From: an uncultured virus (IMG/VR IMGVR_UViG_3300026057_000005)
Taxonomy: Duplodnaviria; Heunggongvirae; Uroviricota; Caudoviricetes
IMG/VR virus record: IMGVR_UViG_3300026057_000005
Strand: one strand, 5' to 3'
Length of the DNA: 64,000 bases
This document shows, piece by piece, positions 27,420 to 36,596 of the stretch. The notes beneath the pieces were generated by a model, which saw only the letters and a list, made by a program, of their open reading frames with translations, made no database searches and had not been told where the DNA came from. Positions within the stretch are counted from its first letter, which is position 1; every line of letters starts with the position of its first letter. Both the position numbers and the translations under genes were made by a program.

Positions 27420-28015
27420 GGGCGAATTCTACGCCGCTTGTCGAAGGTACAACAGAACTACGTCTTGCCGCCGCGTGCGTCCTCACGATCGAGCGCGGCG
27501 TTGATCGCGCGCTCGATCGCGTCGTCGTCGGTGAACCGCCGGATGATCTTCGCGGCGCGCGCGCTGATCGGCACGACCCTCGGCACCTGCACGTGCGTGT
27601 CGAACGCCATGACGAGGCTTTTCTTCGTCGCGCCGATCCCGCCGGCCTGGAAGCCGAGCACGACGTAGCGCGAGCTGGACCACGCAGCGATGCCGCCCGT
27701 AACGCGTACGATGCTCATGATGGCGAGCAGCGTAACGCGCATCGCGTCACGTGTCGAGTTGCGTTCCCTGCGTCGAGGCGATCCCTGCATCCGCGTAGAG
27801 ACGTCGGCGCGAGAGGCACTCGAAGCAATGCGCGCGCCGGCAGTTCGAGAACCCGAACATGTGCGCGTTGGGCGGCGACAGGAGATCGCGCGTCGGACCG
27901 TTCGCGCGTAGGTAGCGCTGCGAGAATAGGTGAGCGATCGGCGACGGCCGCGACTCCTCGCCGTAGCTGATCCAGATCGTGCCGTCGATCAGCCGCACGG
28001 ATTTCTCGCGTCTCC

Positions 28016-28792
28016 CTACTTGAGCGTGACGTGGTTCATCGCCAGGTACCCGAGGAGCGCGGTCGATACGAGCCCGATGATCGCGAGCTGGATCTTCTCC
28101 CGATAGGAGATCCGCCGCTTCGTGATCTCGACGTTGTGCCCGGATTCGATCGTGCGCGCGCGATCGCCTTCTACGCGCGCTGCGCTCGCCGCCGCGCTCG
28201 CCGCCGCCGCCGCGTTGATCTCGGCTGCGGCGATCGTCGCGCGGGCGTTCGCTTCGGCGGTCTCCTTCGCGACGGCACGCTTCTCGGCGAGGTCCGCGAA
28301 CGTGACGAGCGACTTCATCTCACCGGCGAGCTCGGCGAACCCCGTCCGCACGTCCGAGGACACCTGCCCGATCGCGCGCCCGAGCTCGACGTGGCCGGCC
28401 TCGAGCTTGCGGATGCGGTACACGACCTCGTCGTGCGGTTTCAGGTCGGTCGGTACGGACTTCTCGTCGTCGATCACGTTCGTCGGCGCCGCGGCGACGC
28501 CGACCGTCGTCGGGTGGCCGAGCGGGTAGCCCTCCTGGATCGCCTGCATGACCGCGGTCGGAATCGGCCGCGATCGCGGACCCTTCGGGACGGACGACAT
28601 CTCGTCGCTCAGCATGTCATCTTCATGGGTGTCGGTGCAATCTTGCACCTGGACACCTTGCGGCGAGCCCGCCGCGAGCACCGCCGTCGCGGAGTCTTCG
28701 GCCTCGGCCTCGGCTTGCGCTTCGGCGGTCGCGACCGCTTCCGCGGCCTCGGTCGGGTTCTGGACGTCGATCCAGACCGTCGGCGGGGTCAC
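28016..28792 (-). CDS. coiled-coil protein with C-terminal TM helix
   Basis: GTGA overlap start inferred; IQLAIIGLVSTALLGYLAM. Confidence 0.6.
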   Translation of the reverse strand: MTPPTVWIDVQNPTEAAEAVATAEAQAEAEAEDSATAVLAAGSPQGVQVQDCTDTHEDDMLSDEMSSVPKGPRSRPIPTAVMQAIQEGYPLGHPTTVGVAAAPTNVIDDEKSVPTDLKPHDEVVYRIRKLEAGHVELGRAIGQVSSDVRTGFAELAGEMKSLVTFADLAEKRAVAKETAEANARATIAAAEINAAAAASAAASAARVEGDRARTIESGHNVEITKRRISYREKIQLAIIGLVSTALLGYLAMNHVTLK

Positions 28793-29130
28793 GGGGGCCC
28801 CGAGCGCCGCGAGCTCGCGAGCATCGGTGCCGGCGGATCCGGCGACTCCCCCGCCGGCGGCGTCGGGATCCGCGAGAGCTCGAATGGATGGAAGCAGCCT
28901 TCGTCGCACATGTCCGCGATCGTGGGCCCGTACTGCTCGGATCGTGTCGCGTACCCGTTCAACGGGTGTCCGCACGCCGTCGTCGTGCCTCCGACGGCCT
29001 TGCGATGCCATCGTCCGCGGATCGCCATCTTGACTTGCACGCGCAGATCCTCTCGTCGATCGTACTGGTCCGCGAGGAGGATGTCTGCGTCGAACCCCGG
29101 CGGAGGGATGGTAACGGCGTCGTGTTGCAT
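28789..29130 (-). CDS. hypothetical Zn-binding protein
   Basis: WHR...TACG...MCDEGCF. Confidence 0.6.
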   Translation of the reverse strand: MQHDAVTIPPPGFDADILLADQYDRREDLRVQVKMAIRGRWHRKAVGGTTTACGHPLNGYATRSEQYGPTIADMCDEGCFHPFELSRIPTPPAGESPDPPAPMLASSRRSGPP

Positions 29131-29284
29131 CGTCGGTAGTGGTATCCTAGCGGCATTGCAACCACGAAGTGAAGCGCTTCGCGTGCGTGGGGTGACGGTT
29201 TTCCACATGACTGTGGCGCATGCGCACGGCGCGCCAGAACTCGGTGCGCCAGGACCAACGCAGGCGAGCTCATGGCTGCTAAAT

Positions 29285-30235
29285 TCAGCGCGCGGCGTCC
29301 GGCAGCATGCTTCCGATCGCCGCGCCTAGCAGGGCGCCGATCGCTGCGTTGGTGGCGCGCGTTCTCGTAGCGGCCGGCAGTCGCTCCGCTTGACAGAACG
29401 CGACGAGTCGGGTATCGACGCGCTCGAATCCGGGCGGCATGTCCGCGCACTCGAGATCGACGTGCAGCCAGTCGCCCGCTTCCATCGGGATGTTCATGTG
29501 AAACGGCGATACGCCGCCGGCGGCGAGCGCTGCGATCGGAACGCGGCAAGTGAGCTCGACCCGATCGTTCACGTGTACGCCGACGACGAACAGGTTCGCG
29601 TGCGCGGGCGTCGCGGTCGCGACAAGTCGCATGACGGTGAGCTTGCGCAGGGGCTGCACGGACGCACGCACACGCAGTGACGGAGCTCCGGGAACCACGC
29701 GCGAGATCGCATCTGCATCGAACGTGGCGAGCGCGAATGGAAGCGGCAACATCGTCGACGGCGCTCGCGGCGCGCGAAGCGGCGACAGGCTTGCGAGCAA
29801 GCGAAGAAGCGGCTCCGCGTGCGGCGACTTCGCGGCATCCGCGAAGCGTGCGGTGACGGGCCTCGCCGTTGCCTGACGCGCCATGTGGAGCTCGTCGATC
29901 AACCCGGCGAGCGCAGAGGCGGGCTCGTCGTCCTCTCCGTCTTCCCCTTCATTGTCGTTGTCGCCGAGATCTCGGTAGCGCTCCTCGACGCGCTCCGCTT
30001 CGAGGCGCGCGATCGTGGCGAGGTTCGAGCCCCATGCCTGCGTGCGTCTCACCTCGACACCGAACGCGTCGTACGCGATGCGGCGCGCCTCGAGCCCGAT
30101 GCCGCGCAGGACGAGCCCGAAGCTCGCCTCGCAGAGATCATCGAGCGTCGCCATCGTCTCGATGTCGGCGTCCGTGGCCTTCCAGTCGCCGTCGTCGAAC
30201 CACGCGCGCACGGCTGCGGCGGTGAGCGTCGTCAT
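29285..30235 (-). CDS. hypothetical protein with C-terminal beta domain
   Basis: ATGA overlap; C-terminal beta domain weakly resembles the capsid-like domain. Confidence 0.6.
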   Translation of the reverse strand: MTTLTAAAVRAWFDDGDWKATDADIETMATLDDLCEASFGLVLRGIGLEARRIAYDAFGVEVRRTQAWGSNLATIARLEAERVEERYRDLGDNDNEGEDGEDDEPASALAGLIDELHMARQATARPVTARFADAAKSPHAEPLLRLLASLSPLRAPRAPSTMLPLPFALATFDADAISRVVPGAPSLRVRASVQPLRKLTVMRLVATATPAHANLFVVGVHVNDRVELTCRVPIAALAAGGVSPFHMNIPMEAGDWLHVDLECADMPPGFERVDTRLVAFCQAERLPAATRTRATNAAIGALLGAAIGSMLPDAAR

Positions 30236-30861
30236 CGGATCTCGAACGCGACGGTGACACGCGGCGTCTCGCCGAGGTAGGGCGGTACGCGATGCCAGGT
30301 CGCGCCGGGGAAGAACACGAGCCGACCGGCGACTGCAGGGACAAGCCACCGATCACTTCCGATCGTCGCCTCGCGCTGATCGGCGGCGGATCCGGCGTAA
30401 TCGCGCGGCGCCTTCACCGTCGACGCGAACATCGTCGGGCCCGGCGGATCGCCCGGATCGGCGTAGTACACGCCGACGAGGTAGTGCGCGCCGTGCTTGT
30501 GCCACTTGTGATAGTTGCCCTTGCCGTTCACCATCGCCCATCCGACGAGCGAGCGGTTGTCGCGCCAGTCGGCGAACTTCGCGTTTTGCGCGACGAGCTT
30601 TCGCTGGAGATCACCGAACGCGTCCGCGACGTCCGGTAGCGAGGCGCGCGCCTGGACAGCGCGCGCGAGCTCGCCGAGGCACGGGTAGGGCCACGACAGG
30701 AACGTGTCGGCTGACTTCCACCCGCCGACGTTGTTCGAGCCCGCGCTGCGCGTGCGCGTCGAACTGTCGATGGCGAGCTTGACGATCTCGGCGCGGCGCT
30801 CGAACGCGAAGTCGTCGACGATCGCGACCGGGGTGCCGTCGGTGAGGTGGGACACGTTCAT
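30232..30861 (-). CDS. putative 2OG-Fe(II) oxygenase (paralogue of 5006..5524)
   Basis: NVGGWKS, WAMVNGKGNYHKWHKH, GVYY, AGRLVFFP..TWHRVPP..RVTVAF. Confidence 0.8.
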   Translation of the reverse strand: MNVSHLTDGTPVAIVDDFAFERRAEIVKLAIDSSTRTRSAGSNNVGGWKSADTFLSWPYPCLGELARAVQARASLPDVADAFGDLQRKLVAQNAKFADWRDNRSLVGWAMVNGKGNYHKWHKHGAHYLVGVYYADPGDPPGPTMFASTVKAPRDYAGSAADQREATIGSDRWLVPAVAGRLVFFPGATWHRVPPYLGETPRVTVAFEIR

Positions 30862-31082
30862 GGCTTCTGAATCCTTCGCACGGTGTAGTCGTCTCTCGAT
30901 CTCCAGCGTATTTCGATACGACTCCCCATGCGAGGTGGCGACTTGTCGTCGAACCTAGAGACATGGACGTTGAGAACATCTCCGGTAGCGAGTGCGATCG
31001 CGAACGTGCGATCGACCTCCGTGCGTCGCCGACTTGGCGTCCTGACGACGCGTCCACGAATATTCATCACGCCAAAGCTCAT
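30858..31082 (-). CDS. small OB-like protein
   Basis: ATGA-coupled on both sides. Confidence 0.5.
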   Translation of the reverse strand: MSFGVMNIRGRVVRTPSRRRTEVDRTFAIALATGDVLNVHVSRFDDKSPPRMGSRIEIRWRSRDDYTVRRIQKP

Positions 31083-31201
31083 CGCGTCGGCGCCTTGCCC
31101 GTCGCTCGCATCTCCGCGATCGCGTCCGCGTACTGCTTCCTCATCGCGTCGGCGCCTTGCCCGTCGCTCGCATCTCCGCGATCGCGTCCGCGTACTGCTT
31201 C
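31078..31201. repeat. perfect 62-bp tandem duplication
   Basis: 31078-31139 is identical to 31140-31201. Confidence 0.95.
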
Positions 31202-31479
31202 GGCACGACTACGCCAGGGCGACGCCTGGCGTAGTCGTAGTTTGCGAATAGCAGCACGCGCGCGTCAACCTCGAGCGCGCCGAGCGCGACCGCGTGCGCG
31301 CGCTTCGGCGGCGTGATGTCGTAGTGGTCGAAGCTGGCGCGCTGGAACCATCGGCGCTCGAGCCCGATCCGGCGCGCGAGCTCGTGGAGCTCGTCGGGCG
31401 ACTCGGTCGAGACCATGTGACACCAGTTCTTGTACCGGAGGCCCGTCTCGTACGTCGTGATCTTGTCGACGAGGATCAT
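31141..31479 (-). CDS. DUF4031 family protein
   Basis: ILVD...WCHM....DELHELARRIGLERRWFQ...HYDIT..KRA.AVALGA. Confidence 0.85.
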   Translation of the reverse strand: MILVDKITTYETGLRYKNWCHMVSTESPDELHELARRIGLERRWFQRASFDHYDITPPKRAHAVALGALEVDARVLLFANYDYARRRPGVVVPKQYADAIAEMRATGKAPTR

Positions 31480-31697
31480 CCGGTACCGTCTAGATCTTCG
31501 GCGCTGTTGACGCCTTCAGGGAGTTCCCAGTATCCGAGAATCGTCGCTCCGGGGAACCTGCGCCTGATCGCTCCGCATCGCCTGCACCAGTTGACGGCGA
31601 GCAATCCTCCCGCGAATTCCTTGGTGAGATTCGTGGCCGGCTTTGGCGCGAGATCGTTGTAGACGACCGTGACCGCCTTTTCGTGCTCGCACCTCAT
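31476..31697 (-). CDS. small Zn-finger protein
   Basis: MRCEH...WCRRCGA. Confidence 0.5.
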   Translation of the reverse strand: MRCEHEKAVTVVYNDLAPKPATNLTKEFAGGLLAVNWCRRCGAIRRRFPGATILGYWELPEGVNSAEDLDGTG

Positions 31698-32060
31698 GGC
31701 AGCCAGCGCCACCACGCGGGCTGGTTTCGTGCCGACCATTCTGCGGCCGTCATCATGATTGCGGTCGCGCGCTCGCGTGGCTCGAGCGCTGGTGCCGCCG
31801 CTTGCAAGAGCAATAATTGGAACGAGAGCCCGCGCGAGACGCTCATCTTGACCCCATCGACTCGCGACACAGCGGACAGTAGCCTCGCGCCCCGCGCTTG
31901 CGCTCCGACGGAAGCAGCCACACTCGATCGAGGCGCGTGCCGCAGTAGATGCAGTGAATCGCCCTTCGCAGCGCCCGACGGCGCGTGGCGGCGACCAGGA
32001 CGCCAAGGCCGGCGATCAGCACCCCTGCGATCATGACGAGCTCACCAAGGAGTCGCATCG

Positions 32061-32333
32061 CTACTCCTCGCACGCGCCGTCGCCGGCCTTGCGGATCTCG
32101 CCGTTCGCGAACAACGCGTAGCCGCACCGCCGGCAGCGCACGAAGAGGCCATCGCGCGGCCTAGAGGAGGCGCCCTTCTTCGGGCTGCGCGGTTGGATCC
32201 GCTGGCTGCCGTCGCCGCACACGAACAGGTCGTGCACGCCCGATGGCACGTTGAGACCCGCGCGCGCGGCGATTTGCTCGGCGTCGTTCGGCCTGACCGA
32301 TGCGCCCGTCGCTTCCGTTGCGTTCATCGTCAT
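32061..32333 (-). CDS. small Zn-ribbon protein
   Basis: HDL...RCRRCGY; TGATAGGAT 7 nt before ATG. Confidence 0.55.
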   Translation of the reverse strand: MTMNATEATGASVRPNDAEQIAARAGLNVPSGVHDLFVCGDGSQRIQPRSPKKGASSRPRDGLFVRCRRCGYALFANGEIRKAGDGACEE

Positions 32334-32352
32334 CGTTGTCATCCTATCACGA

Positions 32353-32371
32353 GTAACGCTTGTTGCGTTAC
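32353..32371. promoter_or_regulatory. palindromic operator-like site GTAACGC-N5-GCGTTAC
   Basis: Perfect inverted repeat next to a -10 box; variants at 35029, 51738 and 54857. Confidence 0.55.
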
Positions 32372-32395
32372 GGGTTTCGCCACCGGGTTTTGCGT

Positions 32396-32785
32396 TCATC
32401 GCTCGACTCGCCACGAGCGAAGCGCGACGCCGCCATGGATCACCGCCTCACCATCATCGACGCCGCGATGGCCTGCGTCGCCTCCAACGAGAGTGATCCA
32501 GCCACGACCGAGCGCGATGTAGTCGTGCATCCCCGCGAGCGCCCTGGCGACGGGCACGCCATGTCCGACGGCGAGTGTTGACACGCCGCCCACCAATTCG
32601 TCCGTCTTCTCTCCGTCCTCGTAGATGTGTGACTCCGGCATCTCCTCGCCCTCGGCGGGTTTCCGATCGTCGACGCGCAGTCCGAAGAGTTGATAGTCAT
32701 GCTCGTCGATCGCGACCTGAATTTCGGAGCACAGCAAGGCGGTGTAAATTTCGGCGTCAAGTCGGTTGGATTTCTTAATGGTCAT
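32396..32785 (-). CDS. hypothetical phage protein
   Basis: FGLR......G....SH...DGE.T.EL.GGVS...G.D.GE.VI pattern. Confidence 0.65.
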   Translation of the reverse strand: MTIKKSNRLDAEIYTALLCSEIQVAIDEHDYQLFGLRVDDRKPAEGEEMPESHIYEDGEKTDELVGGVSTLAVGHGVPVARALAGMHDYIALGRGWITLVGGDAGHRGVDDGEAVIHGGVALRSWRVER

Positions 32786-33023
32786 GCACAGATCCTTCGG
32801 ATGGTAACAACTTCGCGCGCACGAGCTCGTCGTAGCGCGCCTCGATCGCGGACAGGAGCGCGTGGAACGCGGGCGTGCCCTTCTCCTGCTCCGCCTTCGC
32901 CTCGATCTCGGCGCAGTCGACGTGCGTCGCCGGCGCGCCGCGTTCCCAGCGCACGATCTCGCCGGCGGCGATGTCGCGCCCGCACGACTTGCACGTCGAA
33001 TCGAACTTCGCGGTGATGATCAC
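32775..33023 (-). CDS. small Zn-binding protein
   Basis: AKFDSTCKSCG..I.AGE......HVDC. Confidence 0.65.
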   Translation of the reverse strand: MIITAKFDSTCKSCGRDIAAGEIVRWERGAPATHVDCAEIEAKAEQEKGTPAFHALLSAIEARYDELVRAKLLPSEGSVHDH

Positions 33024-33196
33024 GCGCGCCTCGTCGCGCGCTCGGCGCGCATGCGGTCCTGGTGGAACATTGCGATCTCGAGCTCGTGATCGTGCCACCG
33101 CTCGTCGCATTGCGACGCCGAGCACGCGCCGCTACATCGAACCATCACGCACGGACGGTTGGCCGCGGCGCCGCAGCGCTCGCAAGAGATCGGCAT
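33020..33196 (-). CDS. small Zn-finger protein
   Basis: CERCGA..NRPC...FH.DR. Confidence 0.55.
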   Translation of the reverse strand: MPISCERCGAAANRPCVMVRCSGACSASQCDERWHDHELEIAMFHQDRMRAERATRRA

Positions 33197-33225
33197 CGTT
33201 TCGCCTGGATGCGGGGCAGGGCCGG

Positions 33226-33606
33226 TCACGCGACAACCTTCAGGCGTGGGCAGCACTGGAGCGCCTCGCGGATCCAGATCTCCAGCGGCGCGCCGTCGCC
33301 GATCTTGCGACGCGCCTCGGCCGCGGCCTCACGCGCGATCGCTGGCGCGTAGCCGAGTTGCACGAGCGCGTCGCGGACCTCGTTCAGGACGGGGACGGGC
33401 GCGACGTCTGGCGACACCTTCGGCGCCGGCGATGTGGCGGCACGCTTCGGCTTCGCGGACTGGCGCCTCGGTTCGGCCTCGCGCTCGCGCGCTTCGGCGG
33501 GCGCACGGGCGCCGTTGCGGATTCGATCGGCAACGGCGCCGGCGAGCACGCCGACGTAGACGAGCAAGCCGCCGACCAGCATCGCCAGGAAACTCGTCGC
33601 GGTCAC
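33226..33606 (-). CDS. membrane-anchored protein with RuvA C-terminal-like domain
   Basis: N-terminal TM helix; EVRDALVQLGY...AREAA....LEIWIREAL. Confidence 0.65.
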   Translation of the reverse strand: MTATSFLAMLVGGLLVYVGVLAGAVADRIRNGARAPAEAREREAEPRRQSAKPKRAATSPAPKVSPDVAPVPVLNEVRDALVQLGYAPAIAREAAAEARRKIGDGAPLEIWIREALQCCPRLKVVA

Positions 33607-34991
33607 TGCGCCACCTCGTGCTCGCGCTCGCGCTCGTCGGCGAGCCATCGCGCGCGCTGCTCGCGCTGCTCGCGCTCGGTCAGCGTGCCGCCACTATCGG
33701 CGCCGCCTTCGCTCTTGCGCTTGCGCGTCGGCTTCGCCAGGCTCGCCGCGATGAAGCCGTCGAGCGTGATGCCCTGCGCCGCCAGCGACGCGACGACGTC
33801 ATCGTGCGGCACGACGTAGCCGCCGAGATACTTGTCGTCCGTCTCGCGCATCCGCGTGCGCTCGACCTCGATCGCCTTCTCGAACGCCGCTTCGGCCTTC
33901 AACCGCTTCGCGCTCCGAACCGGGTGGCGGTACGCGACGACACAGCCGTTCGGGCGCGACATGAACACGAAGTGGTCATCCGGACGCGAGCCTTCTCGCG
34001 TCCTCGTCTGTGAGGTCGGCGCCTCGAGCGTCGCGCGCACGTCGACGCGCATGCCGACGAGCGCGCGGCGGATGAGCTCGCCGCGATCCGGCACGCGCTC
34101 GCCCGCGGGGACGACGAACCGCTCGCCATCCGCGATCGCGACCGCGTGCTCGAGCACGCCGGCCGGCGCCGATCCCCAGGCGATCCAGCAACCGGTGGGC
34201 GTGGCGACCTTGATCGAGATCTTCCAGGTGAACCCGTAGTCGCTCTCGCGCAGCTTCGCGCTCGTGATCACGCCTTCGAAGTCGATGCCCTTCCCGGTCG
34301 GAGCCGGCACATGGACTTCTTCGGGTGCGGGCGGGCGCGGGTTCCGGATCTCGTTGGCGAGCTTCACGACGAGCGCGATCTGTTTGTCCGACAGGGAGGC
34401 GAACTCGACGAACCGCGCCGCGATGTCGGCGATGATCTGCGCGCCGCGCGAGGCGTTGCTTTCTGCGCTGCCGACTTCGAACGCTTCGGCGAGTCCCGGG
34501 TGCTCGGCGAGGAACGCGGCGCGATCCTCCGCGCGCTCGGCTTTGCGGATCTGCGTGGCGATCGCGGCACGATGGCGCCCGTTCGCGAGCTCGGCAGCCG
34601 AGCGGTCCATCATGAGGCCGTACTTCTGCGCGCAGTCGTGGCCGAGGTGCACGTAGTCGCCGGTCGGCACGTGCAGCCAGAGCTCGCCGTAGATGAACCA
34701 CGCGCCGCACGAGCCGCACTTGCCGGGCGCGCCGAACACTTCCTTGCCGGCCGCTTCGGCGCGACGGTGTGCTTCGCACGTGCAGCACACCGGACGGTGC
34801 GCGGCGTTGCACGCGCCCTCGGCAATGATCGCGCCTGTCGCGTCCATCTTGCGGCGGTCGAGCCCGCACGTGATGCCGAACGACGGCACCGGCCAGCCGT
34901 CTTGCGACGTCGCGCAGTTGTAGGCGATCGCGGCCTCGTAGTCGGCAGGGACGATCGCACCGGGGCGGTGCGGGTCGGTGCGCTTGGTCAT
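33603..34991 (-). CDS. Zn-finger/OB-like phage protein
   Basis: CGSCGA...G.DCA, LSDKQ, VPAPTG, OB-like C-terminal part; TACAAT 6 nt before ATG. Confidence 0.7.
   Translation of the reverse strand: MTKRTDPHRPGAIVPADYEAAIAYNCATSQDGWPVPSFGITCGLDRRKMDATGAIIAEGACNAAHRPVCCTCEAHRRAEAAGKEVFGAPGKCGSCGAWFIYGELWLHVPTGDYVHLGHDCAQKYGLMMDRSAAELANGRHRAAIATQIRKAERAEDRAAFLAEHPGLAEAFEVGSAESNASRGAQIIADIAARFVEFASLSDKQIALVVKLANEIRNPRPPAPEEVHVPAPTGKGIDFEGVITSAKLRESDYGFTWKISIKVATPTGCWIAWGSAPAGVLEHAVAIADGERFVVPAGERVPDRGELIRRALVGMRVDVRATLEAPTSQTRTREGSRPDDHFVFMSRPNGCVVAYRHPVRSAKRLKAEAAFEKAIEVERTRMRETDDKYLGGYVVPHDDVVASLAAQGITLDGFIAASLAKPTRKRKSEGGADSGGTLTEREQREQRARWLADEREREHEVAQ
33979..34010 (-). repeat. dispersed hairpin element, in-frame (QTRTREGSRP)
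   Basis: CAGACGAGGACGCGAGAAGGCTCGCGTCCGGA. Confidence 0.95.
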
Positions 34992-35131
34992 GGCTCGATT
35001 GTAGAGCACGCCGCGTGCCGCGGGCGATGTGACGCAACCGTGCGTTACATAGGGATCGCGCGGGCCGAATTGTACGACGGATTACGCGGCGTTTTCACAC
35101 TCCGTGCGCGGCGTTCACGCTCCCGGATGCG

Positions 35132-35371
35132 TCAGGCGGACTTCCAAAACCAGAACTTCTCGACGAAGTCAGAAACACCCTTCTCGATCTTGGATGCCGG
35201 ATAGGTTGCTAGGACAGCACCGCCCGGACCGATGGCGCGAAGGCGCCCCTTGATCACATCGAAGTTGACGCTCAACTTCTTCTGATTCTTCGCGATGAAG
35301 CCGTCATTGGCGAGCCCGGCGCCGTAGCGCTGTAGGGCCGCGTCGATCAGGATTCGTTGTTCCAGCGTCAT
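35132..35371 (-). CDS. hypothetical protein
   Basis: GGAG RBS; C-terminal FVEKFWFW. Confidence 0.6.
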   Translation of the reverse strand: MTLEQRILIDAALQRYGAGLANDGFIAKNQKKLSVNFDVIKGRLRAIGPGGAVLATYPASKIEKGVSDFVEKFWFWKSA

Positions 35372-35372
35372 T

Positions 35373-36596
35373 TCATCTCCAGTACGTGAACGTGCCGTCG
35401 GGTTTGTGCTCGAACCGCGTCGACTTCTGCCCGGTGTTGAGCACCCACTGATTCGAGACCTCGCCGCGCTCGCGCTCGCCACGCGACGGCAACGTACGAA
35501 TGAAGATCGCCTCGCCGCCGCGAGGGCCGATGAGCGTCGCCGAGCCCTTCTCGATTGAGCCCGACGCCACGCGATATGCCGTGCCGCCGAGCTCGATCGC
35601 GGGTAGGTTGGCCAACGTCTCGATCTCCTGCCTGTCGACCGGCACCCATCCGCGCCGCGGATCGTGCACGACTGGGCGACCGGCCGCGCGCTCGGCGAGT
35701 CTGATCAGGTGCTTGAGGCAATGCTCGCCGGCGTGCTGAAGGCTCTTGCCGCAGATCGACTTGGTCGCGGCAGGGCCGAGCGCCGCCGCGGCCTCTTCAC
35801 CGCGCCGCAAGAGCTCGCGAAACTCCTGGTTCGACTCCGCCATCACGCCCTGCTTCGCAGCGTCCTCGAGCGGCTGCGCGTCGACGGATAGGTAGTACCC
35901 GACGTCGAAGTGATCGCGCTGCGTGTCGGAGTTGTTGTAGTTGTGGCGATCGGCGATCTTGTCGACCGCGACCAGCGCCTTGTTGAGCGCCGACGAGAGC
36001 GAGACGTCGAACCGGCGAGATGCGTAGTCCGATCCCATGTGCTCTCGATCGCGAAGCTCGATCTGCACATCGCGATCCCATGGCGTCCCCTTGGGGTCCA
36101 TCAGGTGCTTGAGGTAGCGCTTGCTGAACACCTCGCCCATCCAGTGCGTGATCTCGACGCGCATCGAGTTGTGATCGCTGCGCACGGAGAACTTGGTGCC
36201 TTCGGGTAGCGCGCCCGCGTCGACGGCGCCCGCGAGCTCCTTGCGGACGACCTCGGCGACCTTCTTGACGGTCACGCTGTCCCGACCTCGCAGCACGAGC
36301 GGAGGTGGCAGCGAGTCGAGGTACTGCCCGAGCGTCATGCCACCGCGCTTCGCCTTCGCGGGCTTCGCGCTCGCAGGCTTCGGGGTCCTCGCGGGCCGGG
36401 CGGATGCGCCGCGACGTCCGGACGGGAACGGCGGCAACGGCTTCCCGGTCGTGCCAGGGATGCGAGGCGCGATCTCCTCGTCGATCTCGCGCTCGAGTTG
36501 CTTCGCTGACTTCGTCGACGTCGACGTGGGCTCGTCGGCTCCGCCGATGAGCCACTTCATCGCCGCGTGTCCAGATGAAAACTGTTGCTTCGTCAT
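35373..36596 (-). CDS. LPD29-like (large polyvalent protein domain) protein with KSAKQLEREI tag
   Basis: VAEVVRKEL...TKFSVRS..NSMRV...HNYNNSDTQRDHFDVGYY. Confidence 0.7.
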   Translation of the reverse strand: MTKQQFSSGHAAMKWLIGGADEPTSTSTKSAKQLEREIDEEIAPRIPGTTGKPLPPFPSGRRGASARPARTPKPASAKPAKAKRGGMTLGQYLDSLPPPLVLRGRDSVTVKKVAEVVRKELAGAVDAGALPEGTKFSVRSDHNSMRVEITHWMGEVFSKRYLKHLMDPKGTPWDRDVQIELRDREHMGSDYASRRFDVSLSSALNKALVAVDKIADRHNYNNSDTQRDHFDVGYYLSVDAQPLEDAAKQGVMAESNQEFRELLRRGEEAAAALGPAATKSICGKSLQHAGEHCLKHLIRLAERAAGRPVVHDPRRGWVPVDRQEIETLANLPAIELGGTAYRVASGSIEKGSATLIGPRGGEAIFIRTLPSRGERERGEVSNQWVLNTGQKSTRFEHKPDGTFTYWR

